Origin: Antechinus flavipes
Lineage: Eukaryota
NCBI RefSeq assembly: GCF_016432865.1
Contig: NC_067400.1
Location: forward strand, 624,216,001-624,280,000
Length of the DNA stretch: 64,000 nucleotides
Direction: 5' to 3'
The stretch's first letter is position 1. The number at the start of each line of letters is the position of its first letter. Below are positions 45,176 through 58,311 of this stretch, piece after piece. The notes beneath the pieces were generated by a model. That model saw only the letters and a program-made list of their open reading frames with translations. It did not search any database and was not told the origin of the DNA. The translations under genes were made by a program, and so were the position numbers.

Positions 45176-47329
45176 GGGTGATACATACAGAATAAAGGTA
45201 AAAGGTTGGAGCAGAATCTACTATGCTTCAGGTGAAGTCAAAAAAGCAGGGGTAGCCATCCTGATCTCAGATCAAGCTAAAGCAAAAATGGATCTAATTA
45301 AAAGAGATCAGGAAGGAAATTATATCTTGGTAAAGGTGCCATAGATAATGAAGCATTATCAATATTAAAAATATATGCACCAAGTGGTGTAGCATCTAAA
45401 TTCTTAAAAGAGAAATTAAGAGAGCTGCAAGAAGGAGGAATCCAGAGAGGCTTGGAGAGACTTACATGAAATGATGCTAAGTGAAATGAGTAGAACCAGG
45501 AGATCATTATATACCTCAACAACGATACTGTATGAGGATGTATTCTGATGGAAGTGGATCTCTTCGACAAAGAGAAGATCTAACTCAGTTTTAATTGATC
45601 AATGATGGACAGAAGCAGCTACGCCCTGCATTTTTTTCTTCCCAGGTTATTTTTTACCTTCTGAATCCAATTCTTCCTGTGCAATAAGAGAACTTTGGTT
45701 CTGCACAGATATATTGTATCTAGGATATACGGTGACATATTCAACATATATAGGACTGCTTGCCATCTGGGGGAGGAGATAAAGGGAGGGAGGGGAAAAA
45801 TCGGAACAGAAGTGAGTGCAAGGGATAATGTTGTAAAAAAAAATTACCCAGACATGGGTTCTGTCAATACAAAATTATAATTAAAAAAAAAGAGCTGCAA
45901 AAAGAAATAGACAAACCATAATAGTGGGAGATCTCAACCTTGCGCTCTCAGAATTAGATAAATCAAACCACAAAATAAGAAAGAGGTCAAAGAGGTAAAT
46001 AGGATACTAGAAAAGTTATGATAGATCTTTGGAGAAAACTAAATGGAAATGAAAGGAGTACACTTCTCAGCATTCATGGAATCTATACAAAAAATGATCA
46101 TATATTAGGACATAAACACCTCAAACTCAAAGGCAGTAGGCAGAAATAGAAACTGCAGCCTTTTCAGACCACAATGCAATGAAAATTACATTCAATAAAA
46201 AGCCAGGGGAAAATAGACCAAAAAATAATTAGAAATTAAATCTCATACTAAAGAATGATTGGGTGAAACAGCAAATCATAGATATAACTTCACCCAAGAA
46301 AATGACAATAATGAGATATGATACCAAAATGTGTGGGATGCAGCTAAAGTGGTACTAAGGGGAAATTTCATATCTCTAGAGGCCTACTTGCATAAAATAG
46401 AAGGTCAATGAATTGGGCTTGCAACTAAAAATGCTAGAAAAGGAACAAATTAAAACCCCCCAGTCAAACACTAAACTTGAAATTCTAAAAATAAAAGGAA
46501 AGATTAATAAAATTCAAAGTTAAAAAACTATTGAATTAATAAAACAAGAGTTGGTTCTATAAAAAAAACAAAATAGACAATCTAATTAATAGCAAATCTG
46601 ATTAAAAAAGGAAAGAGGAAAATCAAATTGTTAGTCTTAAAAATGAAAAGGGAGAACTTGCCACAAATGAAGAGGAAATTAGAGCAGTAATTAGGAGTTA
46701 CTTTGCCCAACTTTATGTCAATAAATTTGACAACTTAAATGAAATGGAAGAATACCTTTAAAAATATAGCTTGCCCAGATTAATAGAGGAAGAAGTAAAT
46801 TGGTTAAACAGTTCAATCTTAGAAAAAGAAATAGAACAAGCTATTAACCAACTCCCTAAGAAAAAATCCCCAGGACCAGATGGATTTACATGTGAATTCT
46901 ACCAAATATTTAAAGAACAATTAACTCCAATGCTAAATAAACTATTTGAAAAAATAGGGATTGAAGGAGTCAAAAAATTCCTTTTATGACACAGACATGG
47001 TACTGATACCTAAACCAGGTAGATTGAAAACAGAGAAAGAAAATTATAGACCAATCTCCCTCATGAATATTGATGCTAAAATCTTAAATATTAGCAAAAT
47101 GATTACAAAAAATCATTCCCAGGATAATACACTATGACCAAGTAGGATTTATACCAGGAATGCAGGGCTGGTTCAATATTAGGAAAACTATTAACATGAT
47201 TGGCTATATCAATAACCAAATTAACAAAAACATATGATCATCTCAATAGATGCAGAAAAAGCATTTGATAAAATCCAACATCCATTCCTAATAAAAACAC
47301 TTGAAAGGATAGGAATAAATGGACTTTTC
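45176..47329 (+). mobile_element. Internal L1 ORF2 fragment (endonuclease to RT) with a nested younger L1 3' end at 45431-45890
   Basis: Degenerate ORF2 ([20 protein letters not shown]; [23 protein letters not shown]). The nested insert has an A tail and duplicated agagctgcaa (45421-45430, 45891-45900). The outer direct repeat caatcagcaaaaatc is at 45161-45175 and 47330-47344. Confidence 0.9.
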
Positions 47330-47499
47330 CAATCAGCAAAAATCCACCTTCTCTCCTTCCCGTTCTCCTACCCCCAATTGAGAAAAACATCAAAATCACC
47401 AAAAAATGTTATAAATATAGTCAAGCAAAATCAATTACTCCATTGGCCAAGTCCCACCAAAATATTTCATTTTGCACTCTTGAGTTGTTCAACTATCAG

Positions 47500-50400
47500 A
47501 AGAAGAGGGCAGCATGTTTCATCATGACTCCTCTGGAACTCTTGGTTGGCCATTACACCCATCCCAGTGTATTCATATAGTTAACTCATTTAGCCATTCC
47601 CCAAGTGATGGACAGCCAAATCTTTATTTTGCTTAAAACTAATTTTTCCCTTAATCTATCTTCTCTCTGATTTTTTCTTTTATCCTTTCCCCTCTAATTT
47701 CCCTCTAGAGTGAAATGTGTTTGTCAATTATGTGTGCTTGTGTCTTCCCTCCTTTGACCAATTCATATGGGAGTCATTTTGAAAGTCAGCCACTCCCCCA
47801 AGCCTTCCTCCTCTGCTTGTGTAGACTTTTCCTTGCAGACCCTGATAAAATGAGATATTCCTAAAGCAGTCAGTACAGTGCCTGGCACAGAGTAGCCACT
47901 TGATAAAGATTTGTCTCTCTACTGGTCATGCACAATAATTTCCCCTCACTTTCTTTTTCTTCTCAGTGCATTCCCTCTTCCCTTTCCATTTTTTAAAAAC
48001 TTGTGGTGGGGGGGAGGCAATTAGAGTTAAGTGACTTGCTCAGGGTCACAGAGTAGTAAGTATTAAGTATCTAAGGTTAGATTTGAACTCAGGTTCTCTT
48101 GATTTTAGGGCTGGTGCTCTCTCTAAATGCCCCATTCATTCTTTTAAGATCAAATCATAATAAAACCAGGCCTTCTTCTAATCAGATTCCCTCTAGGACC
48201 CCTGTTGATGATAAGGTTTAGAGGGGACGTGTATGATTTCCCCATATTAAAAAGTAAGGAATCCTAACTCGTTTAGTTCCTTATGTTTATGTTTATCCTG
48301 TTATATTTCTTTTTGTTTCCTGTGTTGGCACTTCATAGTTTCTAGGCAACTATGGTCTCTTCATCAGGAATGGTTGGAAGTCCTCTTTCATTAAAGGTCC
48401 ATTTTTTTTTTACCTGAAGGATCAGTTATGTTGGCTAAATTGTTCTCGGCTGTTAAGTCCATATCCCATTTTTCTGGAATATCGTATTCCAAGCTCTTCT
48501 CTTCTTTTTACAGTGGCTACTAAATCTTGTGTGATCCTGACTATGGTTCCTTGACACTTCTTTCTTTTTGGCTGTTTACAGTATTTTTTAACTGAACTGG
48601 AAGTTTGGGATTTTGATTTGGGTGTTCCTGGGAGTTTTAATTTGGGGACTCTTTCAGGTGATGAGTAGTTTCTTTCTATTCCATTTTGCTCTTTATTTTT
48701 GAGGGATCTACAAAGTTTTCTTTAGAGATGTCCTGAAATAGAATGTCTTGGCTCTTTTTGTGGATCACAACTTTCATGAAGTCAAATAATATTTTAATTC
48801 TGTTTTCCAGAGCAGTTGATCTTGCTATAAAATTAATCACATTTTATTCTATTTTTTTTTTCAGTTTTTGGAAATAGTTTAATTTAGTTTCTCTCACTTA
48901 CATGAACTGATGCTAAGTGAAATGAGCAGAACCAGGAGATCATTATACACTTCGACAACGATATTGTATGAGGACATATTTTGATGGAAGTGGATTTCTT
49001 TGACAAAGAGACCTAAGTAAGTTTCAATTGATAAATGACGGACAAAAGCAGCTACACCTAAAGAACGAACACTGGGAAACGAATGTGAACTATCTGCATT
49101 TTTGTTTTTCTTCCCGGGTTATTTCTACCTTCTGAATCCAATTCTCCTGTGCAACAAGAGAACTGTTCGGTTCTGCAAACATATATTGTATCTAGGATAT
49201 ACTGTAACATATCCAACATATAAAGGACTGCTTGCCATCTAGGGGAGGGGGTGGAGGGAGGGAGAGGAAAAAAAAATCAGAAAAGAAACGAGTGCAAGGG
49301 ATAATGTTGTCAATATAAAGTAATCATTAAATAAAAATTAAAAAAAATTTAGTTTCTCTCATGAAGTCACTGACTTCTATTTGACCCATTCTAATTCTTG
49401 GAGAGTTTGTTGCTTGAGCAAGATTTTGTATCCCTTGTGTCAAGCTTTTAATTCCCTTTCCAGTTCTTTCTTCCATAATTCTCATTTCTGCCTGGAGGGG
49501 AAGCAGAAGTTTGCAGGACATCACTCTGCTCTCCTCAGAGGAAGAGTACTATATTAAAATTATCTGTTCTAAGTTAGAACTTTGCCTAAAGGGTTATCAA
49601 GCTGTGCATGCCCTTTGACCCAGCAGTGTTTCTAATGGGCTTATATTCCAAAGAGATCCTAAAGAAGGGAAAGGGAATCACATGTGTAGAAATGTTTGTA
49701 GCAGCCCTTTTTGTAATGGCAAGAAACTGGAAACTGAATGGATGCCCATCATTTTGAGAATGGCTGAATAAGTGGAATATTATTATTATTATTATTGTAT
49801 TATTGCCAATTGTTTGATGAAGAGAACCATCTACACCCAGAGAGAAAACTGTGGGAACTAAGTGTGGATCACAACATAGCATTTTCACTCTTTTTGTTAT
49901 TTGCTTGCATTTTATTTTCTTTTTCATTTTTTTCCTTTTTGATCTGATTTTTCTTGTGCAGCATGATACTGTAGAAATATACAGAGAGGAATTGCACATG
50001 TTTAACATATATTGGATCACTTGCTGTCTAGGGGAGAGGATGGAGGGAAGGGAGGAAAAACATTTAGAACACAAGATTTTGTAAGGGTGATTGTTGAAAA
50101 TTATCCATGTATATATATTGAAAAATAATAAAAAGGTTTAACTAAAATATTGTTCATTTGGGGGATAGGATTGGGATTCAACTATTTTCTGATCACTCTC
50201 CTTTTGGGGGAAAAGAGGTACCCTAAGCACCATTCAAAGTTTGACTCCTTCCCCCCAAAAAGACAGAGGGATAAGAAATGAGATGGAATTTGATCCTAAA
50301 CCCTAAAGAAAAAATATTCAAAGGAGCTAATGGATAGAATTCTAGTCTCAGACCCCTTTTCCCCCTGTGCAGTGGCCTCCAGCTCCATTCTCCTGCTTCC

Positions 50401-52140
50401 TTTACTGAAAGGAATGAAAGTGTCTCTTGGATTTCACTTTTTTGTTTGCTTGCATTTATTTTTTTTTTAACTTTTTAAACTTTTTGATCTGATTTCTCTT
50501 GTGCAACATGATAATTGTATAAATATGTATACATATATTGGATTTAACGAAGATTTTTTTTAACCATGTTTAACATCTATCGGATTACTTGCTATCTTGG
50601 GGGAGGGGAGGGAAGGTAGGCAAAAATTTGGAGCACAAAGTTTTGCAAGGGTCGATACTGAAAAATAATCCATGCATGTGTTTTAAAAATAAGAAGCTTT
50701 CATAAAAAAGTCTCCCTTGGAAAAGGGTTGAGGATAAGAGGCTGGAGATATCCCCCTGCCTGGACACACTTGGGGCTTCATTCACTACACTCAGTACAGA
50801 CTCATGCCCACTGCTTACCCCCTGAGAGCGGCCTGGCCCAGATCCGTGCCCAGAACTGCTTGGTAAGTGTGAGAGCTGCCAGTTGGCCCCGTTCTTGGCG
50901 CCCATCTGTGAGGGCCCGGAAGGGCTTCTCGCCCCCATCACTAACTAGGACTGGTTCTCTTGGCTTTCCTGACCAGGATTTGGGCAGGGTCTGTTTGGAG
51001 GTGTTGGGGGGAACCTTCCTGCTACCTTTGGCTTCTGACTCTTGATCTAGGGACCGCTTTCTCCCAGTGACCATTGAGCAACGGTCACTTTTCCTCCTTC
51101 TCCCAGGAACTCACCCTCAACTCCTTAGACACAGAAGGCTTTCTTTCATATTTTTTGAACCACAGTGAGCAATGATGTCACCCATCCCCCCCAGGGACTG
51201 GGGATTTCCTCCACTCCCAAATGCTCAAATGGGGCACTGGGAAGGGATCTCGGAAATCATCTTAGTCTGCTCTCTTCTTGGCCACGAATTCCCTGCAAGT
51301 GAATTTCCACCTTCGTTTGAAGACCACAAAGGGAGAGAACCCCACCACCTCCCAACCCCTCTAATTATTTTCCCCTTAAAACCTAAATTTGCCTTTTGCT
51401 ATTTCCCTCCGTGGCCAGTAGGTGACGCGAAGGAGCCATTGGTGGCTCCCTTAATTAGGAAGATGGGTTCAAATTGTGCCTTAGACAAGTCCCTTCAGCT
51501 CTGACTTACTTTCCTCATCTGGAAAATGGGCAGAACAGCGCTTTCAGAGTTATGTCCAGGATTAAATGAGAAAACATTGGTGAATGAATGGGCCTATTTC
51601 CCCCCCCCCTTTGCTGTTCTGCACCCTGGGGTCCAGCAGAATAAATCCCAGCTGAATCCAGTGTTTTTAAGCCCTTCATATGTACCAGACTCTGTGCTAA
51701 ATGCGGGAAAAGAAGGCAGACTCCCCAAAGCAGTCCATACTCTCCGACTGACCTCACGATGTCACGGGGAGAATGCGCAAACAACCGTAGCCTTTCCGAT
51801 TTTTTCCCCTCTCCTAAATCTTCTCCACGCTGGTCACTGACAGATCCTTCATCTGGGTCTCATTATCAACCACTTTCCAATCAAATACTATGTATCTCTA
51901 TATCTATGTATGCTATGTATCTAAGTCCTATTTTTCTTGTGAAGCAAAATCACTGTTAGGACATGTATACATATATTGTATTTAACTTATACTTTAACAT
52001 ATTTAACATGTATTGGTCTACCTGCCATGGGGGGAGGGGGGAAAGGAGAGGAAAAGTTGGAACAAAAGGTTTGGCGATTGTCAGTGCTGTAAAATTACCC
52101 GTGCATAGAACTTGTAAATAAAAAGCTATAATTAAAAAAG
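47500..52140. mobile_element. Cluster of L1 3' end fragments in both orientations plus a WSINE1-like SINE (~48005-48130)
   Basis: Repeated marsupial L1 3' UTR motifs (gaaatgagcagaaccaggagatcatt; ttgtgcaacatgataattgtataaatatg; ggggaggggagggaagg). Confidence 0.75.
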
Positions 52141-53329
52141 AGAGGTTGTATTCACATTTTCTTTTTCTCTTTTTCTACAGGCTGCCATATTATACTGTTG
52201 ACATATCTTGAGCTTTTAATGCCTTAACCCCGCCTCCCCTCCCCTCCGCCCCCCCCCCCCCCACTTCCTTAGGCTTATACAGATAGAACAGATATTTTAA
52301 TCCCATAGTACAACTTCCTCCCTCTTGGATGGGCTCTAGGCTGGCAGCAACTTTTGGGGCCCGACTTTGCCAACTTGGGCGGGAGCCATCATGGCCTTGC
52401 CAAGCATCTATGCCCCATGATTATCTATGCAGGGCGGGTGTGGCTCAGGCAGGTGAGCAGGGAGAGCAGAGAGCTCCGAAGCCCCTTCCCCCCTTCCGAA
52501 AAGGCCCGGCTGGAAGCAAGCCACCCTTGTGCCCAAGGGGAGTGTCCCCTATAGTGTAAGGGGTGCTTCGCCCCCACCACGTGGCTGCTCCCAGGCAGCC
52601 TCGGGAATCAAGAACAACCTGGGTGAGCCGTCGGGACCCGGGACCGGCCCCTCCAGGAACGGCGCTGGCCTCCCGCAGACTCTGGCCATGCTCCCCGCTG
52701 CTCCCTGAGCTCCCCAAGGCCCGCCAGAGCGCTGCCCACACTGGCGCCCCACCGTGGAGAGGGTTCGGCTGGGACCCTCCGGCAGGACTCGTGGGGCTGC
52801 GGCCCGGCTTCCTCAGCCAGAACCGCAGAGTCAGTGCTCCCAGTCTCGGCGATGTGCTCCCGGACTCGGTGATGTGCTCCTTCTTTCCGCCCTGGTCTGC
52901 GGGTCTCTTTGCGTTCACCATGGGGTGCATGAAGAGCTTGTGTGGCAAGGACTGCACCGCCCACCCCGGTCTCCTTTTAAAAATTATCCATCGTCATTAA
53001 ACATTTTCACACCTGGTGCCCCGGGTCTTGCTGCGGAGCGGGCCATCCGTGGGAGCGCGTCATAAACCTTGTGCGGGCACCGTCCCCGAGGAGCCGGGTC
53101 TCCGTGAGAGAAAGGCCAGAGCCCGGCCCAGGACCGAAGGGAAATTGCCTCCTGAAGGGGAAGGCGCGCCTCGAGCTAAAGATATCAGTTAATATTGGAA
53201 TACACACGGGGCTATTTACACACATCTGAGCTTTCGCCTCAGCCTTCCCAAGTCTCCCCTTCTCCAGGATGGCGGCTGACAGAGCTCTCAGACTCCTGAA
53301 CACTTTCTAACCAAACTGCTAGATGTTCC

Positions 53330-53512
53330 NNNNNNNNNNNNNNNNNNNNNNNNNNNNNNNNNNNNNNNNNNNNNNNNNNNNNNNNNNNNNNNNNNNNNNN
53401 NNNNNNNNNNNNNNNNNNNNNNNNNNNNNNNNNNNNNNNNNNNNNNNNNNNNNNNNNNNNNNNNNNNNNNNNNNNNNNNNNNNNNNNNNNNNNNNNNNNN
53501 NNNNNNNNNNNN
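53330..53512. other. Assembly gap (N run)
   Basis: N bases. Confidence 1.
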
Positions 53513-53519
53513 TGTCCGT

Positions 53520-56050
53520 CTCTGTCTCTCTCTCTTTCTCCAGGCAAGTCCCAATGATCTTGGGATAAAGAGAGCCATCTGTATTCACAGAGAGGACTGT
53601 GGGCACTGAGTGTGGATCAAAACACAGCGTTCTCAATCTTTTTGTTGTTTGCTTGCATTTTGTTTTCTTACACCACCTACTGCCTACACCAGCACCTACT
53701 GATGTTAAAAGTGTATTAGTATCCCCTCCCCAAACATTAATTAGTACTTTAATCAATTTGTCAATATATGTAAATCCAATATATGTATACATATTTACAC
53801 GTTATTGTGCTGCCCAAGAAAAGTCAGATCCAAAAGGAAAAAAAAATGAGAAAGAAAATAAAATGCAAACATCAACAGAAGAGTGAGAATGCTATGTTGT
53901 GGTCCACACTATTCCCAAGGTTTTCTCTCTGGGTACAGCTGGTTTTCTTCATTACTGAACAATTGGAGCTGGTTTGAATCATCAGAATTCATCTTCATAT
54001 AGTCTTGTTGCCGTGTATAATGGTCTCCTGGTTCTGCTCATTTCACTCAGCATCAGCTCCTGTAAGTCTCCTCAGGCCTCTCTGCCATCCTCCTGCTGGT
54101 CGTTTCTTATAAAACAATAATATTCCGTGACATTCATATACCACAACTTATTCAGCCAGTCTCCAGCTGATGGGCACCCACTCCGTTTCCAGGGAACTTT
54201 AATATTCTTTAAATATATATCTCCACACTAGCCTGGTTTTGGGTCATCTCTGTTCTATTTTGGACCATAACCAAATTCATTTGATATGAAGATTGTTCTT
54301 CTAGTTGATTGCTTTTTTATCTTGGCTGCATTAGTTTGATGCAGCCGCTCTTCACTTTCATGGGAGATACAGGAATCTGGCTAACACAGCACAGACAGAC
54401 CTGCCTGATCTGGCTCTGGATCCCTGCTCCTCCCCAGGGCTTCTGATTTCCACCCTCGGGAGCTTCCATCCGATTTGTTACCCAGAATCACTGGCACTGA
54501 GATGGTTCCTTGCCTTCACCCTCTAGGCTTTGACTACAGGTGCCGCTATACCTGGTCCGGGGCCAGACACTGGGCTGTGGCCCTTGTGAATTTTAATGGC
54601 CCATGAACCTCCTTCCAGTGAATGTTATCTAATTTGTAATCGCTATAAACACCTTCCTGTTAAGCCAAGTTAGGAAAGAGATAAAAATCTCAAATGAGGT
54701 GGAGACGAATGGAACCAAATGAGTCATGTTTTCTATATCGGTGCCTTAGACTTTTCTTCAGCAAGGGAAGAAAATCTGGTGCCTTTTGCCATGGCCGAAA
54801 AAAGGGACCTGGAAGCTGGGGAAGTCTGAGTGTGGAGGTCCATCTGCAAATTGGGAAGCTCTGAGCTAACCCTGCCCCCTACGAAACACACTTGCTTGGT
54901 GGACGCTTAGATGTGTCTACCTTTTTGTCTCAGTGGCAACGTGAGGCAAGGAGAACACTCCTAACACAGCAGCCCCATTCTCCCTTCTCTCCCCCGCAAA
55001 AATTGGTGGTTAACGGCTAAAAATTTAACGTGAGTCAACAGTGCAAGATGGAAGGCAAAACTGCCAGCAGGCTCTGTGGCTGCACTAAAAATGCCAGGAT
55101 TCTAGCATTGGAAAGGATCCCCACGGCGATCCAATTTCCCCCGGATCTATACCAGAATGCTCTCTCCAATACACCCGGCAAATGGTCACGCAGACTTTGC
55201 GCGAAGACCACCCATGATGGACATTTTTTATTTTTGTTTTCTACTGTTACATGTAAAACGTTTTTTTGGTTCTATATGTACATTGATTTTTTAATATATT
55301 TCCATATGAATCAAGTCGAGAGAGGAAACTCAGAACCAAAAGGGAAAACTACAAGGAAAAAAAGGGAGCGTAACTTGGGCTGCTTTACATTCATTCTCCA
55401 CAGTTCTCTCTGCGGATGAGGACGGCGGTTTCTGTCCAAAGATTATTGGGAATGCCTTGGATTGCTAGACCGCTGAGGACACCAAGTCTATCGGAGCTGA
55501 TCATCGCCCAGTCTTGCTGTTGCTGGGTACGTTTTCCTGGCTCTACTGGTTTCCCTCAGCATTAGTTCATGTAAATTTTCCAGGTCTTTCTAAAATGAGC
55601 TCGTTTATTTTTTTTAATAGGATAATATTCCATAACTCATATCCCTGAACTTCTTCAGCCATTTCCCGGCTGACGGGCATCCCCTCAGTTCCCAGTTTCT
55701 GGCCACTGCAGACAGGGCTGCCACAAACAGGTCTGCCCGCGGGGGCCCCTTTATGATCCCTTTGGGATACAGGCTCAGTAGAGACGCCGCTGGGTCAGGG
55801 GGCCTGCAGTTTGAGAGCCCGTTGGGCAGATTCCAGATTGCTCTGCAGGATGGTGGGATCATTCCACAGCTCCACCAACAGAGCATGAGTTTCCCCACAC
55901 CCCCTCCAACAATCATCAGCGTCTTTTCTTGTCATCTTTATCCGATGCGTGAGAAGTGGTACTTCAGAGTTCTAATTTAAATTTTCCCTCTAGGACTATC
56001 GATGGCGTTTCTTTATCTGAAAATTGTCCTTTGACCATTTATCAATTAAG
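53520..56050. mobile_element. L1 3' fragments (-) at ~53520-54190 and ~55200-56050, and an L3/CR1 fragment (+) at ~54600-55100
   Basis: L1 antisense motifs (ttcactcagcatcagctcctgtaag; attccacagctccaccaacag). CR1-like tgagtcaacagtg...ggctgcactaa at about 55030. Confidence 0.65.
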
Positions 56051-56199
56051 ACTTGCATATCTGACTCAATTCTCCATATATTTTAGAAATGGTCTTTATC
56101 AGAAACACGGGCTTGATGGGCATTTATTAAGCACCTAGTATATACTCTGGGGAGTTTTAAATGAGACAGAGCACCAGCCATCACGGTCCCTCCCCGAGA

Positions 56200-56800
56200 G
56201 AGGGCCCTTTCCATGGCGCCCGGGGCTGGGAAACGACTGCGCATGCTCTGCGCCAGGGACGAGCTCGCGCCGTCCACGGACGCCTCCTGGTCGCGTCAGC
56301 TGCCCCCAGTCCCCTGAGGTCCGTGACTAGTGTGGGACTGTGGGAAACCGCTGCCCGCGGAAGTGCGCTCTCGGAGGTCGGCAGGTGACTGCTCTGCATC
56401 GTGTTCCAGCGTGAACCCAAGGGCTTTAGTCCTTGCCAGTGTGCACGGTCCGGCGCCCCCTGCAGACCGGCGGCCGCCATGATTGTCCTTGCCCTACTAG
56501 CTGATGGATGACTGCTTACGCACGTGCCTGGAGCCGGTGGCAGAGCCGTAGGGGGCGCTCTGTCCTTGCCCCAGGAGAGTAACCCCCAAAGACAACAGCT
56601 CCTCCTCGGCCCCGCCAGTCCCAGGAGCAGAGGCTGCCAAGGGGAGGGGGCTTCGGAGCCTCGCCAGAGGCCGGCTCCGGGCCCCATGGGTGGTCCCACC
56701 CCAGACCCTCCAGGGGTGAGCGCGCAGGTCATTCGGGGTGAGCCGCTGACGTCACCAGGGGGTGGAGCGGACCCAGTCTTTGGGCGGGTCGGCGATCTCC
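56200..56800. promoter_or_regulatory. CpG island with promoter-type motifs and no recognisable gene
   Basis: NRF1 TGCGCATGC at 56238-56246, ETS CGGAAGTG at 56358-56365, E-box at 56521-56526, CTCF-like GCCGTAGGGGGCGC at 56545-56558. Confidence 0.5.
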
Positions 56801-56844
56801 CCTGCTCCGAGGCAGGCTTAGCTCAGGAGGAGGGAGTCACGTGT

Positions 56845-56980
56845 GCTACTGACCAGGGTGTAACTGACCAGGGTGTTACTGACTAGAGTGTTACTGACCA
56901 GGGTGTAACTGACCAGGGTGTTACTGACTAGGGTGTTACTGACCAGGGTGTTACTGACCAGGGTGTTACTGACTAGGGCG
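56845..56980. repeat. 15-bp tandem repeat gtgttactgaccagg, about 9 copies
   Basis: Visible directly. Confidence 0.95.
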
Positions 56981-57099
56981 CATGGTTTGTCCCTTACAAA
57001 GAATGACGTCATCGGTTCCTGTTCCTGGATACTTGGACTTAGGATGATCCGAGTCCCCATTTCAAAAGATCCTGGCAGGCCCGAGCATTGGTCCCAGCG

Positions 57100-57385
57100 A
57101 CATCAAGCGTAAGGTAGGAAAAGACCCTGGGCTGCGCTGACTGAACAGCCTGCCATCCAGCCGAAAAAATCTCAGTGAACCACAAGTTCCTTGAGCATTG
57201 GCTGTGGGGCGGATCAGCCAAAGGCGCTAACGCTACTGAGGTGAAGGGGATGCCCAGCCTGGGAGAGACTGCTCGTACTCTGCCATGGCGGCTCTCCTTC
57301 AGAAAATCTGGTCCGGTTCTGGGCACCTTTAGGAATGACAATAGGCAGGTGCAGGAGCTGTCCAGAGGTGACCTGGCAAAGGGCC
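57100..57385 (+). mobile_element. L3/CR1 RT C-terminal fragment
   Basis: gtactctgccatgg...gttctgggcacctttaggaatgac...tgtccagagg resembles the L3 3' region. Confidence 0.6.
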
Positions 57386-57885
57386 TCCAGTCCCTACCTG
57401 CTGGGCACCAGTCCCTACTCTGCTGGGCACCAGTCCCTACACAGTGGGCATCAGTCCCTACTCTGCGGGCACCACTCCCTACTGGCAGGCACCAGTCCCT
57501 AACCCATGGGCACCGGTCCCTACTCCGCTGGGCACCAGTCCTTACCCAGCAGGCACCAGTCCCTACACAGTGGGCATCAGTCCCTACCTGGTGGGCACCA
57601 GTCCCTACTGGCAGGCACCAATCCCTAAACCGCGGGCACCGGTCCCTACTCCGCTGGGCACCAGTCCTTACCCAGCAGGCACCAGTCCCTACCCATTGGG
57701 CACCGGTCCCTACTCTGCTGGGCACCAGTCCCTACTGGCAGGCACCAATCACTAAACCGCGGGCACCGGTCCCTACTCCGCTGGGCACCAGTCCTTACCC
57801 AGCAAGCACCAGTCCCTACACAGTGGGCATCAGTCCCTACCTGGTGGGCACCAGTCCTTACCCAGCAGGCACCAGTCCCTAACCC
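57385..57885. repeat. Minisatellite, ~17-22-bp unit ggcaccagtccctac
   Basis: Visible directly. Confidence 0.95.
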
Positions 57886-58049
57886 GTGGCTATCTGTTGA
57901 AAACCAGCACAGTCACCTTGGAAAAACCATGGTGAGGGGTTGTGGGTGGTGGCGGAAACAAGACGACCATGTGCTCCAAGGGCACATGGAGGGGGAAGGG
58001 AGGATCCAGAAACCCGAGGCCCAAGGGGCTTTGCTTGCTCGCAGGGAGA

Positions 58050-58064
58050 GCTGCCCCCTAGTGG
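58050..58064 (-). promoter_or_regulatory. CTCF core motif
   Basis: The reverse complement CCACTAGGGGGCAGC matches the CTCF core. It lies just beyond the SLC6 gene poly(A) site. Confidence 0.55.
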
Positions 58065-58280
58065 GGGTGAGGTGCCCCCTCATTGCAGGGCTTTAGGGAG
58101 AGGCCCTAGTATTTCTGTGGAGGGAGGAGCCGGGCTAGGCCATGGTGGGGGCTCTCCAGTGGGGGAGCCCCCCCCCCGACACCTTTGGGCCCCACGGGCG
58201 TTCCCAAGGATTTCCAGAGGGCTGAGGGGCCAGGCTGTCCCAGGCCGACACAGCACAAACTACCAGCGGCCCACCGGCCT

Positions 58281-58286
58281 TTTATT
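58281..58286 (-). terminator. Poly(A) signal of the SLC6 gene
   Basis: AATAAA on - 25 nt after the stop at 58312-58314. Confidence 0.85.
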
Positions 58287-58311
58287 GAACTTGGGCCTCT
58301 GTGGGCCGGGC

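Noticed and set aside
52860-52940. SFFPPWSAGLFAFTMG resembling SLC6A16 SFLPP..WS..AMG
   Set aside because: It is a short gapped match, out of order with the other relic exons, with no flanking splice sites.
57175-57882. 235-aa ORF as a novel gene
   Set aside because: It is composed of an L3/CR1 fragment fused to a minisatellite.
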